Positions 10,201-27,251 of a DNA stretch of 64,000 nucleotides are shown piece after piece. The notes below the pieces were generated by a model. That model did not search any database, was not told where the DNA came from, and saw only the letters and a program-made list of their open reading frames with translations. Each line of letters opens with the position of its first letter. Positions within the stretch are counted from its first letter, which is position 1. This DNA is from Macrostomum lignano. Taxonomy: Eukaryota. The DNA lies in contig NIVC01000414.1 in the NCBI GenBank assembly GCA_002269645.1, positions 434,001 through 498,000 of the forward strand, written 5' to 3'. Both the position numbers and the translations under genes were made by a program.

Positions 10201-13009
10201 GCTGCATCAGCACTGGTGACCAGCTGGCGCGTTGCCAGCCGCCGCACCCGGCCAAAGTCACCTCGGATGACGTCGTGGACAAGAGTCTGGAGACTAACCG
10301 ATTCGTTTAGAAAGTAGCTGTAGCTGTTTGTGCTGTAGCTGTGTGCTGTATCTGTGTGCTGTAGCTGTGTGCTGTAGCTGTGTGTGCTGTAGCTGTGTGC
10401 TGTAGCTGTGTGTGCTGTAGCTGTGTGCTGTATCTGTGTGCTGTATCTGTGTGTGCTGTAGCTGTGTGCTGTAGCTGTGTGTGCTGTAGCTGTTTGCTGT
10501 ATCTGTGTGCTGTAGCTGTGTGTGCTGTAGCTGTGTGTGCTGTAGCTGTGTGCTGTATCTGTGTGCTGTAGCTGTGTGTGCTGTAGCTGTGTGTGCTGTT
10601 GCTGTGTGCTGTAGCTGTGTGCTGTAGCTGTGTTTAAATTACTTATGAAATAAAATTTTGAAATACTTTCTATTTTATTGTAAAAATCTGTAATATTAAC
10701 AGAAAATAACAAAGAAAGTTCAGATGTTAAAGTTAAACTTAACTGTCACAGCAAAATGCTTGCTGGTGTCTCACAGCTCGCAGGCAGCTGAACATTAATA
10801 TTCAACTGGCAATCTGCAGTCAAACTGCACTGCAAACTCCCTCAATGCAGCTCAGTCAGTCCCTGCTGCCTATTTAAACTACAAAAATGTAAAAATGCCC
10901 ACTCAGAGCAACTGCAGTCAGCTGCTCAATATTAAATCATAAATTACAGCATAAAGTTTATTAATGATGAATCAAAGTCAGAGAGACATTGTCAGTCGCC
11001 ATGGAAACTCACCCACGCAGCAGCTCAGCCAGTTCGCTCTTTTCCTTCTGTGTGGCGAAATCCAGCGCAGTCCTGCCGATTATGTTCTTCAGGCTCCAAT
11101 CCGCCCCTGAGTCCAGCAGAACCCGACCGACTGCGGCGGCGGTGGCGGGGGGCGCAAAGGCTGCATGCATGAGGGGCGTGAATTCAGACAGACCCCTGGC
11201 ATTGGCGGAGGCTCCGGCAGCCAGCAGAGCGGAGGCTGCGGCAGAATTGCCAGCTCGGGCTGCCCAGTGCAGGCAACTGTGAGCATTTACATCCGCACAG
11301 GTGGGGTCACCCAGCTGCACCAGCTGCACCCACAGAGCCTCTTCACCGCACGAGCTGTTCCAAGCTGCCCACATCAACGCGGTGCGACCAAATCTGTTAG
11401 GCAGGTCGCAGCTGCCGCGGGTCGCCGCTCGCCGCAGCCCCGCCGAGTCGCCCGCCTCGGCCAGCCGCTGCAGCTCCTGTCGATCCGTCTCCTCCTGCAA
11501 AGGCGAGCGGTAAATTTGAGCACAGCTGCTCAGCTGCAGCCGCATCGGCACCGCAGATGCCGCTCACCTGGGCTGTCAGGCCGGAGATCTCGCCATCTGC
11601 ACCCACAACCAGCCGCATCTCCCTGCAACAGCAAAAATGAGCAGCGAATTTGCAATTTTCTCAAATCCGACAACTACGATCGCGAAAACAATTTTTTTGT
11701 TGTACAATAGAATTTTCATGATAGATTTAGAATTTAGTAAACAGAAATTCTTAATTCTCTGAGCTGCTCGCAGATGGAGTTTCCAAAAGGACTGCAGCAG
11801 CTCTGCAACAATCAGCATTGGCAAGAGCGCATCCGACTTCTCACACGCAGCTCATTTTCCATTTCTGCAGCATAAGTGTCCTTCCATCTCACAATGTCTC
11901 ACAAAGCACTCACACACAGCCTCCCAGTTCTCCATCTGCAGCTCAACCCACACACTCTCACTGCACACCGAGTCCCTACAGCTTCCATTTTCGACTGAGA
12001 TCAACTGGCACCCCATTGGCTGGGAGGCAGCCAGCCAATCACAGCTCTCGCACATCAAGCAGTCAGACAGAGACAAGCTCAGCTGACTGGCTCTGATTGG
12101 CTGGCCTGAGACTGCAGCTCTGGCCACCCCAGCCGAATGCTGCAAAACTTGATGGACACAGCAGCGAACTGCTCACTCACCGCTCGATGTAGCTGGCCAG
12201 CTCTGAGTGGCCGCTGAGCCTCGCCAGGTCCGACGCTGTCCGACCCTCGAGATCTTTCTTTTTGAGCAGCCGCGACCTCTTCGAGTTTCCTTGCCCAAAG
12301 CACCTATTGAGCCCGTACTGCCAGAGCAGGTGCAGCAGGTGCTTGGCGCATTTCCAGCTTCCAGTCCGCGCCGCCTCCATCAGCGGAGTGGCGCCGTTGT
12401 CGTTCCGCAGCCACTTCGCATCGAACGACAGCAGCGTCAGCAGCCGCAGGTGGTCCCGCCGGGCTGCCAGGTGCGCAGCCGTGTCGCCGTTCGCGTCAGC
12501 CGCCTTGGGGTTCGCGCCCAGCTCAAATAAGTACAAGATGCACTTTTCAGTGTGCACGGGAGTCTCAGGAGCGTCGGCCGCCAGCATGAGGACGGTCCGA
12601 CGAGCTGCATCAGCACTGGTGACCAGCTGGCGCGTTGCCAGCCGTTGCACCTGGCCGAAGTCACCTCGGATGACGTCGTGGGCGAGAGTCTGGAGATCGG
12701 CTGGTGAGTCTCCGACGCTTGCCCGGTTGGTGGGGTACGGCTGAGTGAGTTTCTGCAACTGCAATTGAGGCACCCAAGCTGCACATTCAAACATGTGAGT
12801 GAGTTCCTGCAACTGCAATTGAGGCACCCAAGCTGCACATTCAAACATGTGAGTGAGTTCCTGTAACTGCAATTGAGGCACCCAAGCTGCACATTCAAAC
12901 ATGTGAGTTCCTGCAACTGCAATCAAGCCAACAGATATTATTATGCTTTCAGTTCTTTACTCGAACTTACTTTCTCGTCAGGAAATGGTGGTTTGCCTCG
13001 CCAAGCCAT
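7275..13009 (-). CDS. Multi-exon ankyrin-repeat protein (about 746 aa, roughly 16 ANK repeats) with a tandemly duplicated three-exon cassette
   Basis: Model: 12971-13009, 12181-12689, 11568-11622, 11013-11494, 9778-10293, 9161-9215, 8603-9087, 8221-8262, 7275-7332. All introns are GT-AG with compatible phases (0,2,0,2,2,0,2,2) and the total of 2241 nt is divisible by 3. ANK motifs include GDTAAHLAA, GATPLMEAA, GRTALMWAA and STPLMLAA. Confidence 0.72.
7500..8172. repeat. 13/15-bp minisatellite GCTGTGTG(TG)CTGTA
   Basis: Direct inspection; intronic in the ankyrin gene. Confidence 0.92.
8603..9087 (-). CDS. Ankyrin exon A1 (4 ANK repeats)
   Basis: Acceptor cctttgcag|GAG and donor GG|GTGAGT; DGFGRSALMLAA, DSCLHHAAKTG, ESTPLMLAA, SKTALRLA. 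Confidence 0.85.
9778..10293 (-). CDS. Ankyrin exon B1
   Basis: DANGDTAAHLAARRDH, NDNGATPLMEAAWTG, DREGRTASDLA; donor CG|GTGAGT. Confidence 0.85.
10316..10633. repeat. 13/15-bp minisatellite GCTGTGTG(TG)CTGTA, second array
   Basis: Same unit as 7500-8172. Confidence 0.92.
11013..11494 (-). CDS. Ankyrin exon A2 (4 ANK repeats)
   Basis: Paralog of A1 with the same splice sites; NRFGRTALMWAA, HSCLHWAARAG, EFTPLMHAA, GRTALDFA. Confidence 0.85.
12181..12689 (-). CDS. Ankyrin exon B2
   Basis: Paralog of B1; phase-0 acceptor ctccag|ACT matches the exon-1 donor. Confidence 0.85.
12745..12922. repeat. 50-54-bp tandem repeat in ankyrin intron 1
   Basis: Same as 1-181. Confidence 0.9.
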
Positions 13010-13575
13010 GACTGCAAGCTCAGTCCGTCAGTCGCAGGTGTCTCAGCTCAGCCCGAGAGTCCGGCAGGGCAGCGGCCGCCTCTGCAGCAGATTTTATTGG
13101 CCCTGGAGCAGCTGCAGCGAATTCCTTCTCACCGTGCCTGCTCAGATTGCGGCTGCTTTTGCTGGCTTTGCTTGCTGGACTCCAATTGGCTCTGAGAGAA
13201 CAGCAGAACTGCATCAATACCAGTGCGTGGCTACTTGAATTAGTAGTGCATTGAGCAGCCGCGATTCCAATTAGGGAGTCAAATTAAACAAGTACTTAGT
13301 GGACGGTATTGATACATTGGAGAAATTTTGCATAATTTTAGAGGTTATAAACTGCAGGTGGCTATTGGAAGCATTTCGGTTGGTAATGCATTCGGTTTGA
13401 AGCATTTCAAATTCTTGTGTGAAAGCTCGAACGCTGCTATTAAAGAAAGAAGTGAATGAACACATATGCAACCATGGCGATAAATGTAAATTGGTGCATT
13501 GTCGGGTATATTTATGTTTATAAAAGCCACTGACTGTTACAGAAAAGAACAGCAACCGCACAGGGCGTAAAAAAG

Positions 13576-13731
13576 GAGCAGCACAATGGCATGCAAAAGC
13601 AGCACAATGGCATGCAAAAGCAGCACAATGGCATGCAAAAGCAGCACAATGGCATGCAAAAGCAGCACAATGGCATGCAAAAGCAGCACAATGGCATGCA
13701 AAAGCAGCACAATGGTATGCAAAAGCAGCAC
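13576..13731. repeat. 21-bp tandem repeat GCAGCACAATGGCATGCAAAA
   Basis: About 7 copies, versus about 1.5 copies at the paralogous site near 740. Confidence 0.9.
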
Positions 13732-14001
13732 CGACCGGCAAATGCGCGCAGACCAGCATGCAACAGGACTTCATTGAGCCAAGCAGACTTTGAGCAAATG
13801 CAGGCAGCAGGAGAGTCAGAGCAGTGCGAGTTGGGAGTTCGCTCTGAAGCCGAGCAGAACCACGTGACTTTAGATTTGCAATTATAAAGTACATGATGCA
13901 TATTGCAGCAATAGTGATTGGATGCAAAGGGGTAAAAAATTTTGACTAATGGGAGCCACTGATGGCTGAGTGCTTGGGTAAGGCAATCAGTTACCTCACT
14001 G

Positions 14002-14763
14002 CCTCACTGCCTCATTAAGGTGCCTGAGGCAATGAGGTGCCTGAGGCAGTGAGGCAGTGAGATGACTGGGGCAGTGAGGTGCCTGAGGCACTGGGGCAGT
14101 GAGGTGCCTGGGGCAGTGAGGTGCCTGAGGCACTGGGGCAGTGAGGTGCCTGGGGCAGTGAGGTGCCTGAGGCACTGGGGCAGTGAGGTGCCTGGGGCAG
14201 TGAGGTGCCTGAGGCACTGGGGCAGTGAGGTGACTGGGGCAGTGAGGTGCCTGAGGCACTGGGGCAGTGAGGTGCCTGGGGCAGTGAGGTGCCTGAGGCA
14301 GTGAGGTGCCTGAGGCCGTGAGGCAGTGAGGTGCCTGGGGCAGTGAGATGACTGGGGCAGTGAGGTGACTGGGGCAGTGAGGTGACTGGGGCAGTGAGGT
14401 GCCTGAGGCAGTGAGGTGAGTGGGGCAGTGAGGTGCCTGAGGCAGTGAGGTGACTGAGGCAGTGAGGTGCCTGAGGCCGTGAGGCAGTGAGGTGCCTGAG
14501 GCAGTGAGGCAGTGAGGTGCCTGAGGCAGTGAGATGCCTGAGGCAGTGAGGTGCCTGAGGCAGTGAGGTGCCTGAGGCAGTGAGGCAGTGAGGTGCCTGA
14601 GGCAGTGAGATGCCTGAGGCAGTGAGGTGCCTGAGGCAGTGAGGTGCCTGAGGCAGTGAGATGCCTGAGGCAGTGAGGTGTCTGAGGCAGTGAGGTGCCT
14701 GAGGCAGTGAGGCAGTGAGGTGTCTGAGGCAGTGAGGTGCCTGAGGCAGTGAGGTTCCTGAGG
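14002..14763. repeat. GAGGCAGTGAGGTGCCT (17-bp, with 8-bp subunits) satellite, left of the LINE
   Basis: Direct inspection. Confidence 0.92.
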
Positions 14764-20348
<5,585 letters not shown>

Positions 20349-20985
20349 GAGGTTCCTGAGGCAGTGAGGCAGTGAGGTGTCTGAGGCAGTGAGGTGCCTG
20401 AGGCAGTGAGGTGCCTGAGGCAGTGAGGTGTCTGAGGCAGTGAGGTGCCTAAGGCAGTGAGGCGTCTGAGGCAGTGAGGTGCCTGAGGCAGTGAGGTGGC
20501 TGAGGCAGTGAGGTGGCTGAGGCAGTGAGGTGCCTGAGGCAGTGAGTTGCCTGAGGCAGTGAGGTGCCTGAGGCAGTGAGGTGCCTGAGGCAGTGAGGTG
20601 TCTGAGGCAGTGAGGTGCCTAAGTTAGTGAGGTGGCTGAGGCAGTGAGGTGGCTGAGGCAGTGAGGCAGTGAGGTGTCTGAGGCAGTGAGGTGCCCGAGG
20701 CAGTGAGGCAGTGAGTTGCCTGAGGCAGTGAGGTGCCTGAGGCAGTGAGGTGGCTGAGGCAGTGAGGTGGCTGAGGCAGTGAGGCAGTGAGGTGTCTGAG
20801 GCAGTGAGGTGCCTGAGGCAGTGAGGTGACTGAGGCAGTGAGGCAGTGAGGTGCCTGAGGCAGTGAGGTGACTGAGGCAGTGAGGCAGTGAGGTGCCTGA
20901 GGCAGTGAGGTGCCTGAGGCAGTGAGGCAGTGAGGTGCCTGAGGCAGTGAGGTGCCTGAGGCAGTGAGGTGTCTGAGGCAGTGAG
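20349..20985. repeat. GAGGCAGTGAGGTGCCT satellite, right of the LINE
   Basis: Continuation of the array at 14002-14763. Confidence 0.92.
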
Positions 20986-21008
20986 CCGAAGTCACTGGCA
21001 GCAGAAGG

Positions 21009-21632
21009 TCACCGCTCCATCCTCTTTCGGTGCCTGAGCACAGTCTTAGACACGGTGATGGAGTGCAGACGCCCTGAGTCCCAACACTGCAGCTTCCTGG
21101 CGGTGTCCCTGCCGATGCCAAACAACAGCATCTCGGTGTCGTCCAGCATGTTGACAATTGAGCAGTGCTCATTGAGCGGCGAGTGCAGAGCTCGGTCCAT
21201 GATGGCGCAGACTCTTCCCCTGAGCAGCTTGCACAGGGTGTGGGCGATGTCAGGCCTTGATGCCCCCGGCAGCAGCAGCAGGTGCATGCCTTGCAGGTAG
21301 AGCTGAGGCGACAGCTGGCGCAGGTTCACCACGGTGGGGTCAGCGCTGAAGATGTTCTTCTGCGCCTCCGTCAGGCAGTGCGGGGGCTCCACGCGGAGCG
21401 AGCAGGCCTGCCGAAGGCGCACAAACACGTGAGACACCATGAATAAGGGCAGCTCGATCTTCACTCCGGCCGGCAGGTCTTCGTCCGAGTGACCGCCGCC
21501 CACCTCCAGCCCGGCCAGGCGGGGCAGCGCGTCACCGGTGACGCACTTGAGCCGCTCGCCTGTGGCCAGAATGTCCTCCAGGCTGTAGTAGCAGCCAAAG
21601 TGGTGAAGGTCGCGGAACTGGACTGGGTCCTC
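21009..21632 (-). CDS. GINS3: GINS subunit Psf3, copy B (no ATG in the exon)
   Basis: 624-nt open exon from ccccag|GAG; differs from copy A at R/H and E/K in the translated ORFs. Confidence 0.9.
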   Translation of the reverse strand, partial: EDPVQFRDLHHFGCYYSLEDILATGERLKCVTGDALPRLAGLEVGGGHSDEDLPAGVKIELPLFMVSHVFVRLRQACSLRVEPPHCLTEAQKNIFSADPTVVNLRQLSPQLYLQGMHLLLLPGASRPDIAHTLCKLLRGRVCAIMDRALHSPLNEHCSIVNMLDDTEMLLFGIGRDTARKLQCWDSGRLHSITVSKTVLRHRKRMER

Positions 21633-21704
21633 CTGGGGTGGGGGTGTTGGGTTTGGAGTGATGGTGTCTGACTAGATCTGTGATGGTATTTGACTGGATG
21701 TGTG

Positions 21705-22168
21705 TGTGATGTATGCACTTTTATGTTTATGGTCTAAACACGGACTTAGCGGGAGCTAAAGTACCCAGAAAGCTGCGGGCTGCTTAATATTCATTTTACT
21801 ATTTTTGTTCGTTAGGCTTCGAGCCTACGTGTTTGTTTTTACAATAGACTAGCTCCGACAAAATACGACATAAAAACAAAAACAGTGGCGACGATGCCGG
21901 TTATCGAACCATTCAACTGCAGCAACCCTCGGAACTGGGAGGAGTACGAGGAGCGGTTGGAGCGTTTTCTTGTGGTCAAGAAAGTCACTGATAAAAAGGC
22001 CAACCTGCTGACCCTGATCGGAGAAGAGGCTGAATGAATTATGAGGAAAGACAATTCCTATGGCTATGGGATAATTGCTATGGGATACTGGTACCCGCAA
22101 AACCGAGTAGCGGGCCGAACTACAGAATCAGCTGGAAGGACTAGCAGTTGAGCCGGTGGTTAAAGCAA
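21705..22168 (+). mobile_element. Paralogous copy of the mini Gypsy element, with 3' part further deleted
   Basis: LTR 21705-21884, PBS at 21886, gag ATG at 21894; PPT and 3' LTR are absent. Confidence 0.75.
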
Positions 22169-22746
22169 AAGTGTCTGACTAGATCTGTGATGGTGTCTGA
22201 CTAGATCTGTGATGGTGTCTGACTAGATTAGAGACTGCCTGTCCATCTATTAGCTAATACTACAAATGAAATTATGCAAATCCCAAGAGTAGATAGCGTT
22301 GTTCGCTAGCGTTATAACAGATGCCATCCGACTCCAGGAACTCATGTATTTGGTTATAAATAAAATCTAAAATAACTAAAGAGGATCAATAATCTACTAG
22401 ACAAATAAAATTAAAATTTAAAGTATATTCATTCCACAATATAAATAAAAATACGGTTTATTACAACACACCTGTAACAGAGTTACACTAATGAGACAAT
22501 ACTTATCCACCTCAGAGTCATCAAGCAGTTCATCTCCATCACAGATGCAGGGTCCCAAGCAAAGTTGTTCTGACAGGTGAATAAAAGCAGAACTGCATGA
22601 CTGCTAAAAGCTGAACAGCATTGATAAGCAGATGGAATCCATCAGCCTGAGACACTGAGGCTGAGCTCTGATTGAATAAAATAACACCTGGGTTGAAGGC
22701 TTCAGCAGCGACTGAGACGACAGTGGGAAACAGAAATACATAGATG

Positions 22747-23945
22747 GGGATTTTAGCTGAGTGATTGGGACTTTTAGCTGAGTGAGTGGAATTTTTAGCT
22801 GAGTGAGTGGATTTTTAGCTGAGTGAGTGACATTTTAGATGAGTGAATTGGCAGTTTAGCTGAGTGAGTGGGATTTTTTGCTGAGTGAGTGGCATTTTTA
22901 GCTGAGTGAGTGGCAGTTTAGCTGAGTGCGTGGGATTTTTAGCTGAGTGAGTGGCATTTTTAGCTGAGTGAGTGGATTTTTAGCCTACCCGAGTGAGTGA
23001 GATTTTTAGCTGAGTGAGTGGATTTAGCTGAGTGAGTGGCATTTTTAGCCTACCCGAGTGAGTGAGATTTTTTTAGCTGAGTTTGTGGATTTTTAGCTGA
23101 GTGAGTGGGATTTTTAGCTGAGTGAGTGGATTTTTAGCTGAGTGAGTGACATTTTAGATGAGTGATTGGCAGTTTAGCTGAGTGAGTGGGATTTTTTGCT
23201 GAGTGAGTGGCATTTTTAGCTGAGTGAGTGGCAGTTTAGCTGAGTGCGTGGGATTTTTAGCTGAGTGAGTGGCATTTTTAGCTGAGTGAGTGGATTTTTA
23301 GCCTACCCGAGTGAGTGAGATTTTTTTAGCTGAGTTTGTGGATTTTTAGCTGAGTGAGTGGGATTTTTAGCTGAGTGAGTGGCAGTTTAGCTGAGTGAGT
23401 AGCATTTTTAGCCTAGCCGAGTGAGTGGCATTTTTAGCCTAGCCTAGTGAGTGAGATTTTTAGCTGGGAGAGTGGATTCAGCTGAGTGAGTGGCATTTTT
23501 AGCCTAGCTGAGTGAGTGGCATTTTTAGCCTAGCTGAGTGAGTGGCATTTTAGCTGAGTTTGTGGATTTTTAGCTGAGTGAGTGGCATTTTTAGCTGAGT
23601 GAGTGGCATTTTTAGCTGAGTGAGTGGCATTTTTAGCTGAGTGAGTGGATTTTTAGCTGAGTGGGTGGATTTTTAGCTGAGTGAGTGGCATTTTTAGCTG
23701 AGTGAGTGGATTTTTAGCTAAGTGAGTGACATTTTCAGCCTAGCCGAGTGAGATATTTAGCTGAGTGAGTGGCATTTTTAGCTGAGTGAGTGGATTTTTA
23801 GCTGAGTGGGTGGATTTTTAGCTGAGTGAGTGGCATTTTTAGCTGAGTTTGTGGATTTTTAGCTGAGTGAGTGGATTTTTAGCTGAGTGAGTGGCATTTT
23901 TAGCTGAGTTTGTGGATTTTTAGCTGAGTGAGTGGGAGTTTTAGC
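22747..23945. repeat. 20-21-bp minisatellite TTTTTAGCTGAGTGAGTGG
   Basis: Paralog of 3722-4372, about twice as long. Confidence 0.92.
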
Positions 23946-24494
23946 TGACTAAGTGGCCAGACCAGTAAAACAAAAAATAAAAACCAGAACAAAGCAGGCA
24001 GCACCAGATCAGGCAGTTTGCATCTGTGCAGATTGGTCGGTTTAAACTCAACTGACAGACATAACTGAAATCACTGACCTCATCAATAATGAATTTACTC
24101 TGGTGCAGTAAAACAAATTTAAATTGACAGCAGTTTCAACTAACAGACAGCAATAAATAAAAGTACATTTAATACCCATCGAAATGAAGACCAACAAAAG
24201 CAGCATTGGAATAAATTTATTTGGTTTCATTTAAAGCAAAGCTACTCACAGTAGTCAGATGCACTTTATATACTGAACTGGGCAGCCACAACAGTCAGCG
24301 CATTAATAACAGCAGGGACACTGGAAGGTCACACAGGTATTGTGAGTACTGTGAGTAGCAGTTGCGAGGTGATTTTGACAGCCGGAGACAAGCAGTAAAC
24401 AAAACACAGCAGTGACCAGATGCTCATTCAGTATTGAGTAATTCTAATGTAAATTCATATCAATAATTCCAGTGCGGCTCAGTCAGGGCAGCCG

Positions 24495-27195
24495 CTATTT
24501 CAGCTTCACCAGATCGGCAAACGCCAAGTCTGCTCTGCTCTGCAGGGCGGGAGACACCGGCTGGCGGGATTGCGGGGCTCCCGCTGCCTGCCGCTGCTGC
24601 TGCTGGGTGCCCGACCAGTTCACCCTGCCGGGGCTGCCGGGGCCGGAGCTGAGCACCTGCTGAGGGGCGGCTGCTGAGTATGGGGAGTTTATGGAGTGGG
24701 GTGAGAGTCAGGCTGTTCCAGAAGAGAGTCAGACAGCACAAGAGCCAGTCTGAAAGCAGACACCGCACAAGAGCCAGTCTGAAAGCAGACACAGCACAAG
24801 AGCCAGTCTGAAAGCAGACACAACACAAGAGCCAGTCTGAAAGCAGACACAGCACAAGAGCCAGTCTGAAAGCAGACACAGCACAAGAGCCAGTCTGAAA
24901 GCAGACACAGCACAAGAGCCAGTCTGAAAGCAGACACAGCACAAGAGCCAGTCTGAAAGCAGACACAGCACAAGAGCCAGTCTGAAAGCAGACACAGCGC
25001 AAGAGCCAGTCTGAAAGCAGACACAGCACAAGAGCCAGTCTGAAAGCAGACACAGCACAAGAGCCAGTCTGAAAGCAGACACAGCACAAGAGCCAGTCTG
25101 AAAGCAGACACAGCACAAGAGCCAGTCTGAAAGCAGACACAGCACCAGAGCCAGTCTGAAAGCAGACACAGCACAAGAGCCAGTCTGAAAGCAGACACAG
25201 CACAAGAGCCAGTCTGAAAGCAGACACAGCACAAGAGCCAGTCTGAAAGCAGACACAGCACAAGAGCCAGTCTGAAAGCAGACACAGCACAAGAGCCAGT
25301 CTGAAAGCAGACACAGCACCAGAGCCAGTCTGAAAGCAGACACAGCACAAGAGCCAGTCTGAAAGCAGACACAGCACAAGAGCCAGTCTGAAAGCAGACA
25401 CAGCACAAGAGCCAGTCTGAAAGCAGACACAGCACAAGAGCCAGTCTGAAAGCAGACACAGCACAAGAGCCAGTCTGAAAGCAGACACAGCACAAGAGCC
25501 AGTCTGAAAGCAGACACAGCACCAGAGCCAGTCTGAAAGCAGACACAACACAAGAGCCAGTCTGAAAGCAGACACAGCACAAGAGCCATTCTGAAAGCAG
25601 ACACAGCACAAGAGCCAGTCTGAAAGCAGACACAGCACAAGAGCCAGTCTGAAAGCAGACACAGCACAAGAGCCAGTCTGAAAGCAGACACAGCACCAGA
25701 GCCAGTCTGAAAGCAGACACAGCACCAGAGCCAGTCTGAAAGCAGACACAGCACCAGAGCCAGTCTGAAAGCAGACACAGCACCAGAGCCAGTCTGAAAG
25801 CAGACACAGCACAAGAGCCAGTCTGAAAGCAGACACAGCACAAGAGCCAGTCTGAAAGCAGACACAGCACAAGAGCCAGTCTGAAAGCAGACACAGCACA
25901 AGAGCCAGTCTGAAAGCAGACACAGCACAAGAGCCAGTCTGAAAGCAGACACAGCACAAGAGCCAGTCTGAAAGCAGACACAGCACAAGAGCCAGTCTGA
26001 AAGCAGACACAGCACAAGAGCCAGTCTGAAAGCAGACACAGCACAAGAGCCAGTCTGAAAGCAGACACAGCACAAGAGCCAGTCTGAAAGCAGACACAGC
26101 ACAAGAGCGGCTCACCAACAGGCCGCATCGGAGGAGGCTGCAGAGGTTCCGCCTTCATCGGAGTCATTCCCAGCCAGCCAGCCTGACCGTGAGAGCCGCT
26201 AAAGTCCAGATCTGTGAGCAAGTCCAAGTCTCTGCCAGCGGCTGCTGAAGCCACCGGGGCCGATAGAGGCTGCGTCCTGACGGCAGCAAATAAATCAGCG
26301 TCTCCCGGCATGAGACCGGCTCTGGAATTGGGGGTTGGCATTCAGTCACAGCATTCACACTCACAGCAGTCACACTCACAGCAGTCACACTCACAGAATT
26401 CACACTCACAGCATTCACACTCACAGCAGTCACACTCACAGCACCCATCACCCACCCATCGCTCACCCATCACAGCCGGCAGCAGCTGCAGTGCCGCTCG
26501 AGGCCGACTGCCCGAGCTCCAGCAGGTCGTCAGCACCAGCAGCAGGTGCAGCAGCCCAGAGCAGGTGCTGCTGATGCCGCTGTCCGCCCCCATCCAACTC
26601 GGTGACTGCAGCTGCCGACTGAAAGTCAGCGAACTCATCCTCATCATCCTGAGCTGAGTCAGCGGCGGCGGCGGCGGCCGTCTCACCGCCCGTCAGGTCG
26701 ATGACCCGCCGACCGGCTGCTGAAGGCTTGGGCGGCTGCTGCGCCCTCCGCTCGCTCCAACCGTTGTTGCTATGGAAACCGTCTGTGAATTCCTCGTCTC
26801 TTGCGTAAGTTGACACCGTGTTCCACTCCTCCTCTCTGCGGTGTGGGATTGAGCGGCTGGGTTTGAAATGCTGACTGGCATCTTCTGTGAGACAGAATTT
26901 ATTGATTATTATTCAATCTGACTGCAGTTAAAATCATCACTCTGAACCATAAAGATTTTAAAATCATGTTGCAGAGGCCACTGATTATCAAATGCGCAGG
27001 TGAAAGTAAATAAAATTTATAAGTGAGAATTTGCTCATAATGGTTGGTTAATTAATTGCGTCCTGCTTAGCATTATGGGGCCAAGGCCTGAATACAGCAC
27101 TCATGTTAGAAGCCTAATTGCTGAACCATAAATTATTTCACTCGATTTAAATATTGTGGCGCATTAGATATCCGATACAGTGGCTGGCTAAGTTG

Positions 27196-27251
<56 letters not shown>

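Noticed and set aside
8599-12926. Four separate single-exon ankyrin genes as given by the ORF track
   Set aside because: Each stop overlaps a GTGAGT donor and the phases chain into one frame, so a single spliced gene is more parsimonious (unverified by cDNA).
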